The notes: a model not told the origin generated them from the letters alone. DNA of 64,000 nucleotides from a virus (IMGVR_UViG_2834368228_000004:32001-96000); one strand, 5' to 3'. Shown: positions 29,226-40,148, counted from the stretch's first letter. Numbers and translations are program-made.

Positions 29226-30002
29226 TTATAGTATCTTTAGTTGAACTTGATGCTTTCCACTTGTAATAGATGCCTGGTTAATATAAATATCAACCTTATG
29301 TCCTTGGATAGCAGACCCAGTATCATCAGCTCTTCGCTTTTCAGTGCTGCCATCTGGGTATTTAATCATTACCCATGAACCAAGTGGAATAACATCAGGA
29401 TCTACGGCTATTGTCACTCCAGATTCTACCTTCTTTCCACTAGCAGTTACACCATATCCAATGTCTCCTGGATTTTTGCCAGTTGATTGATAGTTAGCAT
29501 CATAATACGTTGCTGTAAAAGTTCTCCACTCTTCATCCTTACTAGTCTCATGGGATAACAGTTGTAGATTACTCTCTTTAGCAGATTTTACTTCTTGTTT
29601 TGCTTCTAAATCACTTTTCAACTTTTTAATATCCTGCTCCAAAGATTGACGCTCTTCTTTTAAACCATCAATCTTTTGTTGCCGCTCTTTCAATGTTGAA
29701 TTTTTATCCTCAATCTCTTGTTCAGCTTCAAGTAATGAACGTTCAACATTTTTCTTTTTTTGCTCTAAATCATTCAGAGCTTCTTGGTAAGACTTGTTCA
29801 TTTCTATGACATTTTCATGTTCCCTTTTTAGCTGTATATGAGCATTTATTAGAGAATAGAGGTGATATGAAGCGACACTAAGCGTAATCAGCGCAATTAC
29901 AGTGACAATAATCGCTTTTCCTTGCAGTTTCTTCATAATAGAACTCCTTTTAATCTCCCCTGCATCTGACACTATGTTATCACTTTCCATAGGTTTATGC
30001 AA
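29226..30002 (-). CDS. membrane-anchored coiled-coil protein with a 3D (MltA-like) domain
   Basis: TM segment, coiled coil, FTATYY, TASG, IAVDPDVIPLGS, ADDTGSAIQGHKVDIY. Confidence 0.88.
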   Translation of the reverse strand: MHKPMESDNIVSDAGEIKRSSIMKKLQGKAIIVTVIALITLSVASYHLYSLINAHIQLKREHENVIEMNKSYQEALNDLEQKKKNVERSLLEAEQEIEDKNSTLKERQQKIDGLKEERQSLEQDIKKLKSDLEAKQEVKSAKESNLQLLSHETSKDEEWRTFTATYYDANYQSTGKNPGDIGYGVTASGKKVESGVTIAVDPDVIPLGSWVMIKYPDGSTEKRRADDTGSAIQGHKVDIYINQASITSGKHQVQLKIL

Positions 30003-30309
30003 TACATTACATAAAATAAAATGAAATACATTACACTCTTTTTGTTAACAGTAATCTACTATCTCCCAAATCATCTACAATTTCATCTGTCAGTACAGTT
30101 ATTTTTTTAAATTCCTGGTCAAACGATGGTTTACTTTTATACCCTAAAGATAATAACCCTGTTTTAAAATAGTGATAATCTATAGGAGTTATATAAACTA
30201 TCATAGGTAGAATACCTCCTTAAATTAACATAGCCTAATAAGGAATTAAAAACCCTATTAGGCTATGTATATATGTGTAGAAAACAATCTATTATAAAGT
30301 TTCAATCCT

Positions 30310-30771
30310 TTAATTTAAGATATACCATACCCCTGTAAGTGCAGAGTCAAATGGAACTACGAAATCTGTTGTTCTTAATTTTGTAGGATCAAATGTAAAT
30401 GACCTATCTTCATAATCCAAAGCTATTTTCTTCCCTTTTAGGAAAGCATTATGTGCATCTTCGTAAGAAACCATAATATCAGTCTCTTTCTTTTTAAACA
30501 CATCGTTCATTAAGTCTTCTGTCAATTTGATAGGGCTACCGTCAAGTGTCATATAATGAACTTTATCATCCACGACAACCTTTTTAAACTCGAATCCAGT
30601 GTTCTTTCCAATAAAAGTCTCATTAATAACAGGATGATTAACTACATCATAGATTGTATACAAATCTTCTTTCTTATCAACAGTCTCTTCTTCCATTAAA
30701 TTAATACCGATTTGTGACAAAAAATTTATAATACGTTTTTCGTCTGCTAAAGAATTTTCTAATTGAAACAT
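30310..30771 (-). CDS. hypothetical protein
   Basis: 153-aa ORF; sigA-like TAGACA-17-TATAAT promoter and an operator palindrome upstream. Confidence 0.7.
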   Translation of the reverse strand: MFQLENSLADEKRIINFLSQIGINLMEEETVDKKEDLYTIYDVVNHPVINETFIGKNTGFEFKKVVVDDKVHYMTLDGSPIKLTEDLMNDVFKKKETDIMVSYEDAHNAFLKGKKIALDYEDRSFTFDPTKLRTTDFVVPFDSALTGVWYILN

Positions 30772-30839
30772 TTAAACACTCCTCTATTTTTATGGTAATG
30801 CATTTCATGTGGTATTATAACAGTTTCAAATAATAATGT

Positions 30840-31198
30840 CTATTCTTCATTAGACATAATATAACCTTCTGGTATTGTTACAGGCTCCATTCGATTAACT
30901 AATGCACTTCTTTGCATGCGAGCCATATCTATGATCCAAATTTTATTTCCATTTTTCATAACATCAACGCTTCTTTAGAGTAAGAGTCGGATCTTAACCA
31001 TTGAATAGTGTTGAAATCAAGTTTTTCTGTTTTTGTTTTAGGTATTTTTAATGATGATTTATTTCTTGTATTTGAAGTTTCAATTTTTGGAAGCCAATAA
31101 GACATATTCTCTTTGTTATTCTTTGCTGCAGCATATTCATCTCTTTCCATTTTTTCAAAATCTACTTCTGTAGGAAATTTAAAATTAGGAATACTCAT
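30840..31198 (-). pseudogene. probable internally deleted gene (N- and C-terminal fragments in different frames)
   Basis: ORF 30956..31198 stops where another frame reads SVDVMKNGNKIWIIDMARMQRSAL to a stop at 30840. Confidence 0.45.
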
Positions 31199-31623
31199 TA
31201 TCCTTTTTTAGCTCCTTTTACAACAGGGACAACCTGCTTTTCTTTTTTATCAATTAACATTTCTGTTCGTTCCTTAGATAGCTCTGGAAAGTCCATTTCT
31301 AAATAAGAGCGTAAAGTTTCTAATGTCATATCGCTTTCAGGAACAGGTACTTGGTGTCCAGCATAATAAACAGTGTACTCTGTATCAACCTTATCTTCTG
31401 GCTTAGCTTTCTTTGCATTTGAAGATTTCTTCTTCTTAGGTTCCTCTTTTTTCTCTTCAGGAGCATCAAATAACGAAAACTGACCGTTTTCTTCTACGTT
31501 AACTGATTCCTCATTTGTTTCTGCAGCATTATCATCTTTCTTTTCATCTGAATCTATTTGCTCTAACTGTGTACCAAAAGTTACCTCTTGTTCTTTTTCA
31601 TTTTCAAATTCTAATTGTGACAT
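31198..31623 (-). CDS. ubiquitin-like protein (PRTRC protein C-like) with acidic N-terminal extension
   Basis: VYYAG...TLETLRSYLEMDFPELS...ends KGAKKG; in an operon with E1 and E2. Confidence 0.65.
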   Translation of the reverse strand: MSQLEFENEKEQEVTFGTQLEQIDSDEKKDDNAAETNEESVNVEENGQFSLFDAPEEKKEEPKKKKSSNAKKAKPEDKVDTEYTVYYAGHQVPVPESDMTLETLRSYLEMDFPELSKERTEMLIDKKEKQVVPVVKGAKKG

Positions 31624-31650
31624 ATAAATTCTCCTTTTTTATTGTATTGA

Positions 31651-32337
31651 TTAATTTACTATTAATGAAGTGCTCCAGCCTGCAAATGTTTTACCTGTTT
31701 CTTTTAGCTTGCTATAATCAAATTTTGTATGTTGCGTTTCTTCTAAAATTTGACGTAATGGCTTATTGAACTTATTTGTACTGCCTTGATGATACAAATG
31801 ATCATTAAATGGTTCCGATAACCAAGTCATCGGGTAGGTTTGCAATTGAACAAGGTCCTTTACTTCTTGATTATTGTAATAACATAGTGAACCATTCCCT
31901 TCAAAAACATTTGCATATGGAAAAATATATAAAAGTGATTCATCACGTAAGAAACGATCTTTATAGCAAAACACGTATTTATTAACAATACGATTATTTC
32001 TCACAAATAAAGCAAACACTAAATTTGGAACAGGTACTTGTTCAAAAGAATGATTATGATATCTAATATCCACATTCACTTCTGGATGGTTTAAGAAAAC
32101 AATATCAGTTTCATCGCTAAGTTTTGAATATTTTACAGTATTCATAGGAAGAGATGGAGATACAACTACAGGAGTTGGCTTCTCAATAACTTCTATATCA
32201 TCATCAGCCTTCATAGATTCAATAAGTTGCTGAACAAGATCTTGAACATTCATATAAATTTCATGCTTCGCACCTGCCTTTTCAATTATAACTTGAGCTG
32301 GCTTAAACTCATTTAGTATGATGGTTGCTTTGTTCAA
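31651..32337 (-). CDS. prokaryotic E2 family D protein (PRTRC protein B-like)
   Basis: VPVPNLVF, LYIFPYANVFEGNGSLC, FNDHL. Confidence 0.75.
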   Translation of the reverse strand: MNKATIILNEFKPAQVIIEKAGAKHEIYMNVQDLVQQLIESMKADDDIEVIEKPTPVVVSPSLPMNTVKYSKLSDETDIVFLNHPEVNVDIRYHNHSFEQVPVPNLVFALFVRNNRIVNKYVFCYKDRFLRDESLLYIFPYANVFEGNGSLCYYNNQEVKDLVQLQTYPMTWLSEPFNDHLYHQGSTNKFNKPLRQILEETQHTKFDYSKLKETGKTFAGWSTSLIVN

Positions 32338-32773
32338 CTATACTCCCCTCCTTCAAATAAAACTCTTTAAGAAAATTTTGAGTATTAGATAGTAATGGAA
32401 AGAATGACATAGAATCTTCCAATAGGATTTCAATCCCATTACTTGTATATTTTGCTTCTCCTGTCATTGAAAAGTCAAAGGAAGAATGGATAGCATCTCT
32501 TAAATCCTCTAAAAATCCTTTTTGATCCTTTATACAATCTGATATAACAAAATTAAGAATGAATCCAATATCTATAACATCCTCCAATTCGTTAAACTCA
32601 ATAATAGGATATCTTGTTATTATTTGATCTAGATAAAGTTTAAATGCATGATATGGTGAAGTACTATTGTAATTAAAGTATTCAATTGCATAATTATTTA
32701 CATGCATCATCTTACTCATTTGAATGACTTGAACTCTTTCTAACATATCTAACCTAAACTCTTCTGATATCAT
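32309..32773 (-). CDS. hypothetical protein in the E1/E2 operon
   Basis: 154-aa ORF overlapping its neighbours. Confidence 0.65.
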   Translation of the reverse strand: MISEEFRLDMLERVQVIQMSKMMHVNNYAIEYFNYNSTSPYHAFKLYLDQIITRYPIIEFNELEDVIDIGFILNFVISDCIKDQKGFLEDLRDAIHSSFDFSMTGEAKYTSNGIEILLEDSMSFFPLLSNTQNFLKEFYLKEGSIVEQSNHHTK

Positions 32774-33099
32774 ATGAATGCAACACTCCTTTGGATTCCC
32801 TTCATCCTTGACAGTTCATTAATACATGTAATTATTTTTTCTTGTTGAAGAATTTCATGGTCATAATCTTCAGGCTCTAAAGTCATCTCCATTGAAGGCC
32901 AATAAGTTATAAAGTCAAAATACCACTCTAAATCTTCTTCTGAAAAATTAGACAAGAAATCCTCTGTTATCATCGAATTTCTAGAAATAATATCATCCAT
33001 TGTTAATAACCGATCATAGATATGAACTCTTTCACTATCTAAGGAAGTTGTATTACATATTTTCTTACCAAAAGCAGATAAATTAAATTCTTGTTTCAT
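32770..33099 (-). CDS. hypothetical protein in the E1/E2 operon
   Basis: 109-aa ORF with ATGA overlaps. Confidence 0.65.
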   Translation of the reverse strand: MKQEFNLSAFGKKICNTTSLDSERVHIYDRLLTMDDIISRNSMITEDFLSNFSEEDLEWYFDFITYWPSMEMTLEPEDYDHEILQQEKIITCINELSRMKGIQRSVAFI

Positions 33100-33899
33100 G
33101 AAACCATGTCCTTTGTTAAATAAGTTGGTGAAACAATATTATTACGAGCATTAAAATTTGTGTAATGCGATACAATTTCATGGTCTGCAAGAATAGTATT
33201 TAAATAACCATTCATAATAAGAGCAGCCATCTCATTTGTTTGCATACGCTGAGGGTAATTAACTACTTGTTGACCGCAAGCTTCCATTGGAAGACGAGAA
33301 TCTTTGTCAGTCAAAATGTTCTCATATACACCTCCGACAGGAGCAAGAATGGTTTTAGAACTCCTTCGATAGCCGCAGACTACTTGACCTGAATACCCAC
33401 TTTCTTTGGATGCTTCTGGATCTACAGAGTCAATACCACTATCTAAATAAATTATCGTATTAGATGATTCGAAATACTTATGCATAATCTGCCTACTTGC
33501 ATTATTATCGACACAACCGATTAAAATTTGAATAGGAGAACCGAATGAATATTCAATATTAAAAAGTTCATGTAAGTTATCAGGTGAGTTAATATATTCA
33601 TCTTTATAAAAAATTGGAATCTGATATGCATTACTGTATCTCTCAGCTAATACTTTTGCTTTTGGCTGGTCTAAATCTTGGCTAATAAATGGCTGTCTTT
33701 GTAGATTTTTTGGCTCGACGATATCTCCATCAATAATTTTATAGGAGAACTCAAGGTTCTTATCCTTTTCTGAAAGAGCATATAGTAATTTAGATAAACG
33801 TTGAACCAAATAACCACCATTTCCACCAGCACCTACTTGAACAATATTGAAAAAATTTCGTGAGTAGTTAGAAGATAAGTCTATTGTTGGGTAATACAT
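33096..33899 (-). CDS. ThiF/E1-like adenylyltransferase (PRTRC type)
   Basis: VGAGGNGG, DGDIVEPKNLQRQ, KAKVLAERY, IGCVDNNASR, LDSG. Confidence 0.9.
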   Translation of the reverse strand: MYYPTIDLSSNYSRNFFNIVQVGAGGNGGYLVQRLSKLLYALSEKDKNLEFSYKIIDGDIVEPKNLQRQPFISQDLDQPKAKVLAERYSNAYQIPIFYKDEYINSPDNLHELFNIEYSFGSPIQILIGCVDNNASRQIMHKYFESSNTIIYLDSGIDSVDPEASKESGYSGQVVCGYRRSSKTILAPVGGVYENILTDKDSRLPMEACGQQVVNYPQRMQTNEMAALIMNGYLNTILADHEIVSHYTNFNARNNIVSPTYLTKDMVS

Positions 33900-34085
33900 T
33901 TCAGGCTCCTTTCACAACATTAAATAGTCATTTTATATTTACGATAATATTTATAGATATCATGATTTTCTTCAATTACTCTAAAATTATTTAATTTCAT
34001 TGAAGACTCATCTTCAATGCATTCTTTTTCATCATCGTAAGCCCGCTCAATAATTGTGTTTATCGAAAATGATATTTCTTTCATT

Positions 34086-35024
34086 TCAAGATTCTCCTTC
34101 TAAAATATCATCTATTTGCAAATCTAATTCATGTATTGTGCCTTTAGAGATTCGTCCTCGATACTTATCATGGTCATATAAATCTTTTTGTAATTGTTTT
34201 AATCCTTTCAGATAACGACTATTCTTTAATAGTAAAGTTATATATTGATGATTTGTATAATTACGGCCTTCAGGAGCATGTGATTTAAATACTCCTTCTA
34301 GCTTATCTACTTGTTCTGATAGTTCATCTTTCTGCTGTAACACTTCCATGATTTCCATCACATTGTTTTGAATCTTTCTTGCCATTTCTTCTAAATGCTG
34401 ACTCATTTCATAGCCTCCAATAATTTACTTGCTTTACGTCCACCATCAAGTTTGATAGATGATGGTAAAAAACCCTCCAGGTAGTTACGTCCATCAGCAT
34501 AAAACTGCAAGACTAAATTATAGAGCTGAATATCTTCAAGAGCTTGATTATGGTGTTCTGATAAAACTTCAAATCTTTCTTTCAACTTTATTTTTTCATC
34601 TACCTGTTTATATAGCCATACTAGTTCAAGTGAAGTAACTTCTGATAAATGTTTTTCTCTTATTCCTGTCAATACTTCCTCCTCAGTCATTTAACCCCTC
34701 CAATGCTAAGTTAATTTGTTTAATAAGTGCCCAATGCTGTATGCTGTATCCATCTTTTTTATGTTCAATTGCTTCTTTTCGTATGTTTTCCAAGGCCCGC
34801 TTGTAGTTCTGATTTTCATCCCGCAAATCATTAATCATGTCGGCTAATTTTCCCATCTTTGTTAAATCTTTTAGCCTTAAATTCTCTAACTCTTTCACAC
34901 GTTCTGCTTGTTGAATTACATATTCTGCCTTTTCGATATCGGAATCTTCCATACCCCACTCTTCTCTAATAGCATCTATCATACTTAAGACTACAAGTTT
35001 TGCTTCTTCCAAGTGTTCACTCAT
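34086..35024 (-). CDS. three small coupled hypothetical phage proteins (34086..34406, 34403..34690, 34683..35024)
   Basis: Overlapping starts and stops; two begin with similar MS(Q/E)HLEE. Confidence 0.6.
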
Positions 35025-35057
35025 TCTAATTCTCCTTTCAAGAGGTTGATTAGTTAG

Positions 35058-36935
35058 TCAACCTCTATTTTTAGCTTTCTCTTTTCGCTTTAGCATTTTA
35101 TTTAATGCTAATTTAGTAAAGTCTTGTGATGATGGCTTCATTCTTCCACCTTCCAATATAGACGATGCTAGTGAAGCTTTTCTTTCCAATGTTTGAATCA
35201 AATCCTCTTCATATGTTTCTCCCATCACATAATACATAATTGTGATATTCGGATTCGGATTCCCTGTACGGTCAATTCGCCCATTACGTTGTTCAATCAT
35301 TGTTGGATCCCAAGGCATATCAATATGAATTAAGTATGCTGCCACCTGCAAGTTCAAACCAGTAGAAGCAGAATCAGTACCAACAAAGACTTTACAATAT
35401 GGATTATTAACAAATTGCTCTTTAGCATATTCCTTATCCCGCTCAGATATTTCACCTGAATACATGACGCTATTAGGAATCTGATTATAAATAAGACGAA
35501 CCATTCTTTCGAATCTAGAAAAGATAACAACTTTAGCATTTGGCTCATCATGTTCCAGTTGCTTAAAGAAATCAATTAATTGTTCTAATTTTGGAGACTT
35601 TTTCATCTCATTATCAGTTAGGCTCAATTCACTTATCATATTATGAGCTAACGATGATTCCGACATTTTAAATAGCTCTGGGGAATCTGTATTAGTTAAT
35701 AAGAAACTCGTATAACCTTGTATCAGACCATCATAATACTCTTGCAATTGTTCACCATACATAAGCTGTCCATTAATAACTTTCCCATTAGGTGGTGAGC
35801 TACGAGACTGATCTTTTATTTCTTCAATCTTATCCAATAAGTAGGATTCTATTTTCTCCTGTGTAGCGGTAGTCTCCAGGAAGATATGGTCATGTTTCAC
35901 TTTTGGCAGCTGTTGTTGAATTTCTGGCATCTCTTTAGTTCTTCGAATAAAGTGAGGAGCAATACGATAGTATAATTCTCCTTCATTTTGATAGCCGTTT
36001 ATTCCAAAGCGTGGATGATATTTACAGTATCTTTCTCTAAAATACTCCCATGGACCTAATATGTCTTCATTTATGAAATGGTATAAGCTCCAAATTTCCT
36101 CTGCTTTTGATTGTATTGGTGTAGCCGTAGCAATTATCCTATATGGAATATTAGTTAACTTATAAGCTCCTTCAGCATTTTGTGATGGGTTAAGATTCAA
36201 CATTTTATCGGTTACACCAGTTTTTATTTTTTGAGCTTCATCTAAAGCAACAATATCAAAATTCATAGAATGAATTAGCTTTAAATACTTTTGATTACGT
36301 AGCATTTCATAATTGATAATTAAAAAGCGACAACTTTTATCCTTCTTAAATTGCTTCATTTGCTTTTCTCGCTGTGAAGGTATTCCGTAAACAGGTATAG
36401 CTGACTCACCCATAAACTTAGTGACCTCTTTAGCCCATTGTCGCTTAATGCTACTTAGTGTAACGATTAGTGCTTGTTTAGCTTTACCTTGATTAAATAA
36501 TATTTGACAAGATCCAAGGACTTGATTCGTTTTACCTAACCCTACGCCATCAAATATAGCAGCATTTCCTCGATCTGCTAAGAAGTGAGCACCCACTTTT
36601 TGATACCCATACGGCTGTAAAAGCCAATTTTTAAAATCATGCTCATCTTTCCACTTTAGATGCTTTGTTACTAACTCTTGTTTAACAGGTAAATCTTTTA
36701 CTATTTCTTCTAACGGCTGCATCCAAACAATTTGATTACCAAATTCATGAAGTAGGTCTTCAATTGTCTCTTGAGGAAACATCCACTCACCAGTACTTGC
36801 CTTAAATGATCTTTGTCTAATATTACGTATTTTTTCTAATGTATATTCAAATGTTTCCATATTATCAAGAATACGGACATATATGTTCCCATATTGTTTT
36901 CGAACTTGAATCAAAAAAGATTCACCTCCAAACAT
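35058..36935 (-). CDS. SNF2-family helicase
   Basis: DGVGLGKT, DEAQKIK, TATP, GLNLQ, QRNGRIDRTG. Confidence 0.9.
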   Translation of the reverse strand: MFGGESFLIQVRKQYGNIYVRILDNMETFEYTLEKIRNIRQRSFKASTGEWMFPQETIEDLLHEFGNQIVWMQPLEEIVKDLPVKQELVTKHLKWKDEHDFKNWLLQPYGYQKVGAHFLADRGNAAIFDGVGLGKTNQVLGSCQILFNQGKAKQALIVTLSSIKRQWAKEVTKFMGESAIPVYGIPSQREKQMKQFKKDKSCRFLIINYEMLRNQKYLKLIHSMNFDIVALDEAQKIKTGVTDKMLNLNPSQNAEGAYKLTNIPYRIIATATPIQSKAEEIWSLYHFINEDILGPWEYFRERYCKYHPRFGINGYQNEGELYYRIAPHFIRRTKEMPEIQQQLPKVKHDHIFLETTATQEKIESYLLDKIEEIKDQSRSSPPNGKVINGQLMYGEQLQEYYDGLIQGYTSFLLTNTDSPELFKMSESSLAHNMISELSLTDNEMKKSPKLEQLIDFFKQLEHDEPNAKVVIFSRFERMVRLIYNQIPNSVMYSGEISERDKEYAKEQFVNNPYCKVFVGTDSASTGLNLQVAAYLIHIDMPWDPTMIEQRNGRIDRTGNPNPNITIMYYVMGETYEEDLIQTLERKASLASSILEGGRMKPSSQDFTKLALNKMLKRKEKAKNRG

Positions 36936-37063
36936 AACTAAAACTATTATAACAGAACTTTTGAGAAAGCAAATAAAAATAGGAGATATTTAGAGGAAAA
37001 AGTTTATTAGAGGCTATATAATGCGCTACAATCATCATGTAACGCATTATATAGTTTATTATC

Positions 37064-37984
37064 CTAAAATACATTACCTGTTGGGACCATATTTTGTGTA
37101 AAAGCATTAGGAGCTGTATTTGATTGTACATTATTAAATGCATTAACAGGCTGCTGCATATTAAAAGGAGAATTGGAAGGTATTTGATTATTCCAATTCG
37201 AGCCTGATTCATTTGACGTAAACAATTCATTAGATTTCTCAAGGACAATCTCAATGATTGCTTTTTCATATACAGATGCAAGTAATTGACGCTCATTTGA
37301 TGTCTCTTGAAGATATACAATATCCGTTGTCACTTCATCAATTTGAACAAGTCCCTGCTGATTAACTTGACCAGCGGCTTTAATTGTAGAGATGCCATCA
37401 TTTTTATAGATTGGAACATAACGTTTTTTCTTAGGTAACATTTGAGCGTTATATCGATCAACAAATACATCTGCTTGTTGGTTATAAGCAGAATCATAAC
37501 CTACAAGATAAGGTTGATTTGTCTCATTTGAAATTGTAATAAAGAAATTAATTGATAATAAATGAAGAGGTGAAGCATCATCTGTTATCGTTAACTTAAT
37601 GTTTACTCCATTCTTCCTCTCTAAAGCAGTAAACCACAACTTTTCATTAGGCTGATAAGTAGCAAAGTTTGTATCATATCGCTGTTCAACATTAACTCCT
37701 TGTTTAAATTGTGAGTATACCTGTTGCACCAGTGTATATAGATTATTAAATTGAGGAATACGAACTTCTGAGAAGTGACCAAAGTAATCCATTGCTCTAC
37801 CATTAAATTTAGATTTATCAATTTTATAAAGAAGCTCCCATCCAGAAGTAATACTAGTTGAGTTATCTCTAACAACTACTGGATACTTCCCATATTGAGG
37901 TGTATTGTGAACTTCTACATTTATATTTTTAGATACCATTTCTTTAATTTGATTTAAAATAGCTGACATGTATATCATCTCCAA
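37064..37984 (-). CDS. hypothetical protein with N/Q-rich tail
   Basis: 306-aa ORF. Confidence 0.7.
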   Translation of the reverse strand: MEMIYMSAILNQIKEMVSKNINVEVHNTPQYGKYPVVVRDNSTSITSGWELLYKIDKSKFNGRAMDYFGHFSEVRIPQFNNLYTLVQQVYSQFKQGVNVEQRYDTNFATYQPNEKLWFTALERKNGVNIKLTITDDASPLHLLSINFFITISNETNQPYLVGYDSAYNQQADVFVDRYNAQMLPKKKRYVPIYKNDGISTIKAAGQVNQQGLVQIDEVTTDIVYLQETSNERQLLASVYEKAIIEIVLEKSNELFTSNESGSNWNNQIPSNSPFNMQQPVNAFNNVQSNTAPNAFTQNMVPTGNVF

Positions 37985-38043
37985 TTATTTGTTTTTTATT
38001 ATGTTGATTCTTCTATTGATTGTAATGCGTTACTTATACAAGT

Positions 38044-38706
38044 TTAAAAGTATCCTTTTTCTCTAAAGGAAGCATACTTTTCACCAGCAATTACAATGTG
38101 ATCTATAAGCTCTATACCTACAACTTCCCCTGCCTTTTGCATTCTTTGTGTTGATTTAATGTCTTCAGGTGAAATTGTTGGACTCTGGCTTGGATGATTA
38201 TGTCCAATAATTATACTAGCTGATGACATTCTTAAAGCTTCTTTATACACCTCTCTGGGATGAACAAGACATGCATTTAAAGAACCCTTGAAGATTGTTT
38301 TCTCACCAATGACTTTATGTTTAGTATCTAGAAATAAAACAACAAAATGTTCTTGTTTATAATGTTTAATATAATGAAAGTAATCTACAGCATCTGGAAT
38401 ATTTAAAATAAATTGATTTGATTGCTTTTCACGTTTAACTAGTCGCTTTCCTAATTCAATAGATGAAAGAATCCTAGATGCAAGTGCTTCCCCCACTCCA
38501 TTGATAGAAATCAAGTCATGATAAGATAATTCCAACATACCAATTTTTTCATCTAACTGAATCAATGTAGATACGATATCATCTGTCATAGATTTTTTAG
38601 GAAGCTGGCCAATTATCAAAGTAAGTAGCTCCCTATTCGTTAAATGTTCAAATTCATAACCTTTACTCATATAGTGTGCTTTTGCTTCTTTCACAAATAT
38701 TGACAT
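38044..38706 (-). CDS. radC: RadC family JAB-domain protein
   Basis: GVGEA, QEHFVVLFLD, VHPREV, HNHPS...S..D, LIDHIVI. Confidence 0.92.
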   Translation of the reverse strand: MSIFVKEAKAHYMSKGYEFEHLTNRELLTLIIGQLPKKSMTDDIVSTLIQLDEKIGMLELSYHDLISINGVGEALASRILSSIELGKRLVKREKQSNQFILNIPDAVDYFHYIKHYKQEHFVVLFLDTKHKVIGEKTIFKGSLNACLVHPREVYKEALRMSSASIIIGHNHPSQSPTISPEDIKSTQRMQKAGEVVGIELIDHIVIAGEKYASFREKGYF

Positions 38707-38724
38707 GTAATCACTTCCTTGGAT

Positions 38725-39159
38725 TTAATAGATAGTATCTTTATCAATGATTTCTCCAACACGATTCTTCTCAATATAGTAAATACGATTTCTTTGTAAT
38801 GCATTAGGTTTACTCATTATGCTTCCTAAATATCTATCTGCTTCCTTAGAGCAGTCAAATCCTTCAAATGTTTTCTTACCTTCATTTTCTGATAGAATTT
38901 CAATCGTATGAACGATAGTTGAACCAAACTTTTCTTTTTCTGTATAGGCTAAATCGAAAGCATTATCTAAATCCCAACGCTTTCTCCAACCGCCAAATTC
39001 AACATGAAAACCTGGGAACTCACGATTTGAATTGTCAAGAGTATCAATCATTTTGATAGCTTCATCATAGCTTAAATCACCAAGATCTAATTGAACAGTT
39101 GTTTTACATTTTGAACATACTGTAGTAGCCATACGCACTTTATTTTCAACTTGAGACAT
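38725..39159 (-). CDS. hypothetical protein with CxxC
   Basis: 144-aa ORF with strong RBS. Confidence 0.7.
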   Translation of the reverse strand: MSQVENKVRMATTVCSKCKTTVQLDLGDLSYDEAIKMIDTLDNSNREFPGFHVEFGGWRKRWDLDNAFDLAYTEKEKFGSTIVHTIEILSENEGKKTFEGFDCSKEADRYLGSIMSKPNALQRNRIYYIEKNRVGEIIDKDTIY

Positions 39160-39276
39160 ATTATCTCCTCCTAAATTTATTTCTAATTATATCTTCTAAA
39201 GCATGTAAAATTAACAAGAAAGGGAGAAATATCAATTCTCCACTTAGACAAATCAAAATAAATAAAAATCCATATA

Positions 39277-39513
39277 TCATACAATCATATTTGATAATAC
39301 ATCTAGTCTTCCCTCAATTGAATCAAGTTCTGACTCAATTAATAATATTTGTGACATGAGAAGTGTAGCTGCTTGATGATTATGATTAGATAAAGCAAGT
39401 TCAACGTCCTCATCAAGTTTTTCTATCAATTCAAGTAAATAGTTTTTGTTGGTTTTTAATCCATTGTTTTCTAATTTTGAAGCTAAATGTTGGTGTGATT
39501 TAATTTTTATCAT
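39277..39513 (-). CDS. hypothetical protein
   Basis: 78-aa ORF. Confidence 0.6.
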   Translation of the reverse strand: MIKIKSHQHLASKLENNGLKTNKNYLLELIEKLDEDVELALSNHNHQAATLLMSQILLIESELDSIEGRLDVLSNMIV

Positions 39514-39661
39514 ATAAACACCTTCCTATATTTAAATTTAATTATTGAATTAAAAAAGAACTACTTTTAGTAGCTCTGTAAGAAGAAATCATTACTATAA
39601 AAAAAAGGAGTTGCGAGCTCCATTGTAGGCTCATGTAATTAAGCCTACTAGCAGACCGTAA

Positions 39662-39778
39662 CTACATCGATAATATTGGATACATAATTATACCTATTAT
39701 GATACCTGTTCCAATTAATCCCAATGTAATATCTAAAAGAGATAAATCATTCCAAGGATGCTTATTGTTTTCACTCAT
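39662..39778 (-). CDS. 38-aa single-TM peptide, not in the ORF track
   Basis: GAGGTG RBS; MSENNKHPWNDLSLLDITLGLIGTGIIIGIIMYPILSM. Confidence 0.55.
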   Translation of the reverse strand: MSENNKHPWNDLSLLDITLGLIGTGIIIGIIMYPILSM

Positions 39779-39790
39779 ACTGTTACACCT

Positions 39791-40129
39791 CTAATGTGAT
39801 TTCTTTACCAGTGGTATTAAATAAGTTTCTCCTGCATAAACAACACTGCTAGATAAATTATTTTCATCTATTGTAATTTGAGCCAAGTCTAAAACATTAT
39901 AAGGACCATTATAATCTTTATTTACTTTAGAAATAGCGGTTACAATAGTGTCCCCCTCTTTCATCTGATAAGAAATAAAGTCTACATCATAGTCACTTGG
40001 CATAGCTTGTCTAATTGCAATGAAAATTAAAATGACAACAATGAATGCTATTAAATAAATTTGAACATCAGTAGTCCAATAATCAGCTAAACGTTTTCTT
40101 CGCCTTTTTAACGCACCTGAAGCTTCCAT
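39791..40129 (-). CDS. TM plus LysM-like protein (YneA-like architecture)
   Basis: One TM segment, then YQMKEGDT...ENNL...VYAGETYLIP. Confidence 0.65.
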   Translation of the reverse strand: MEASGALKRRRKRLADYWTTDVQIYLIAFIVVILIFIAIRQAMPSDYDVDFISYQMKEGDTIVTAISKVNKDYNGPYNVLDLAQITIDENNLSSSVVYAGETYLIPLVKKSH

Positions 40130-40148
40130 TAATATTCCTCCTATTTAG

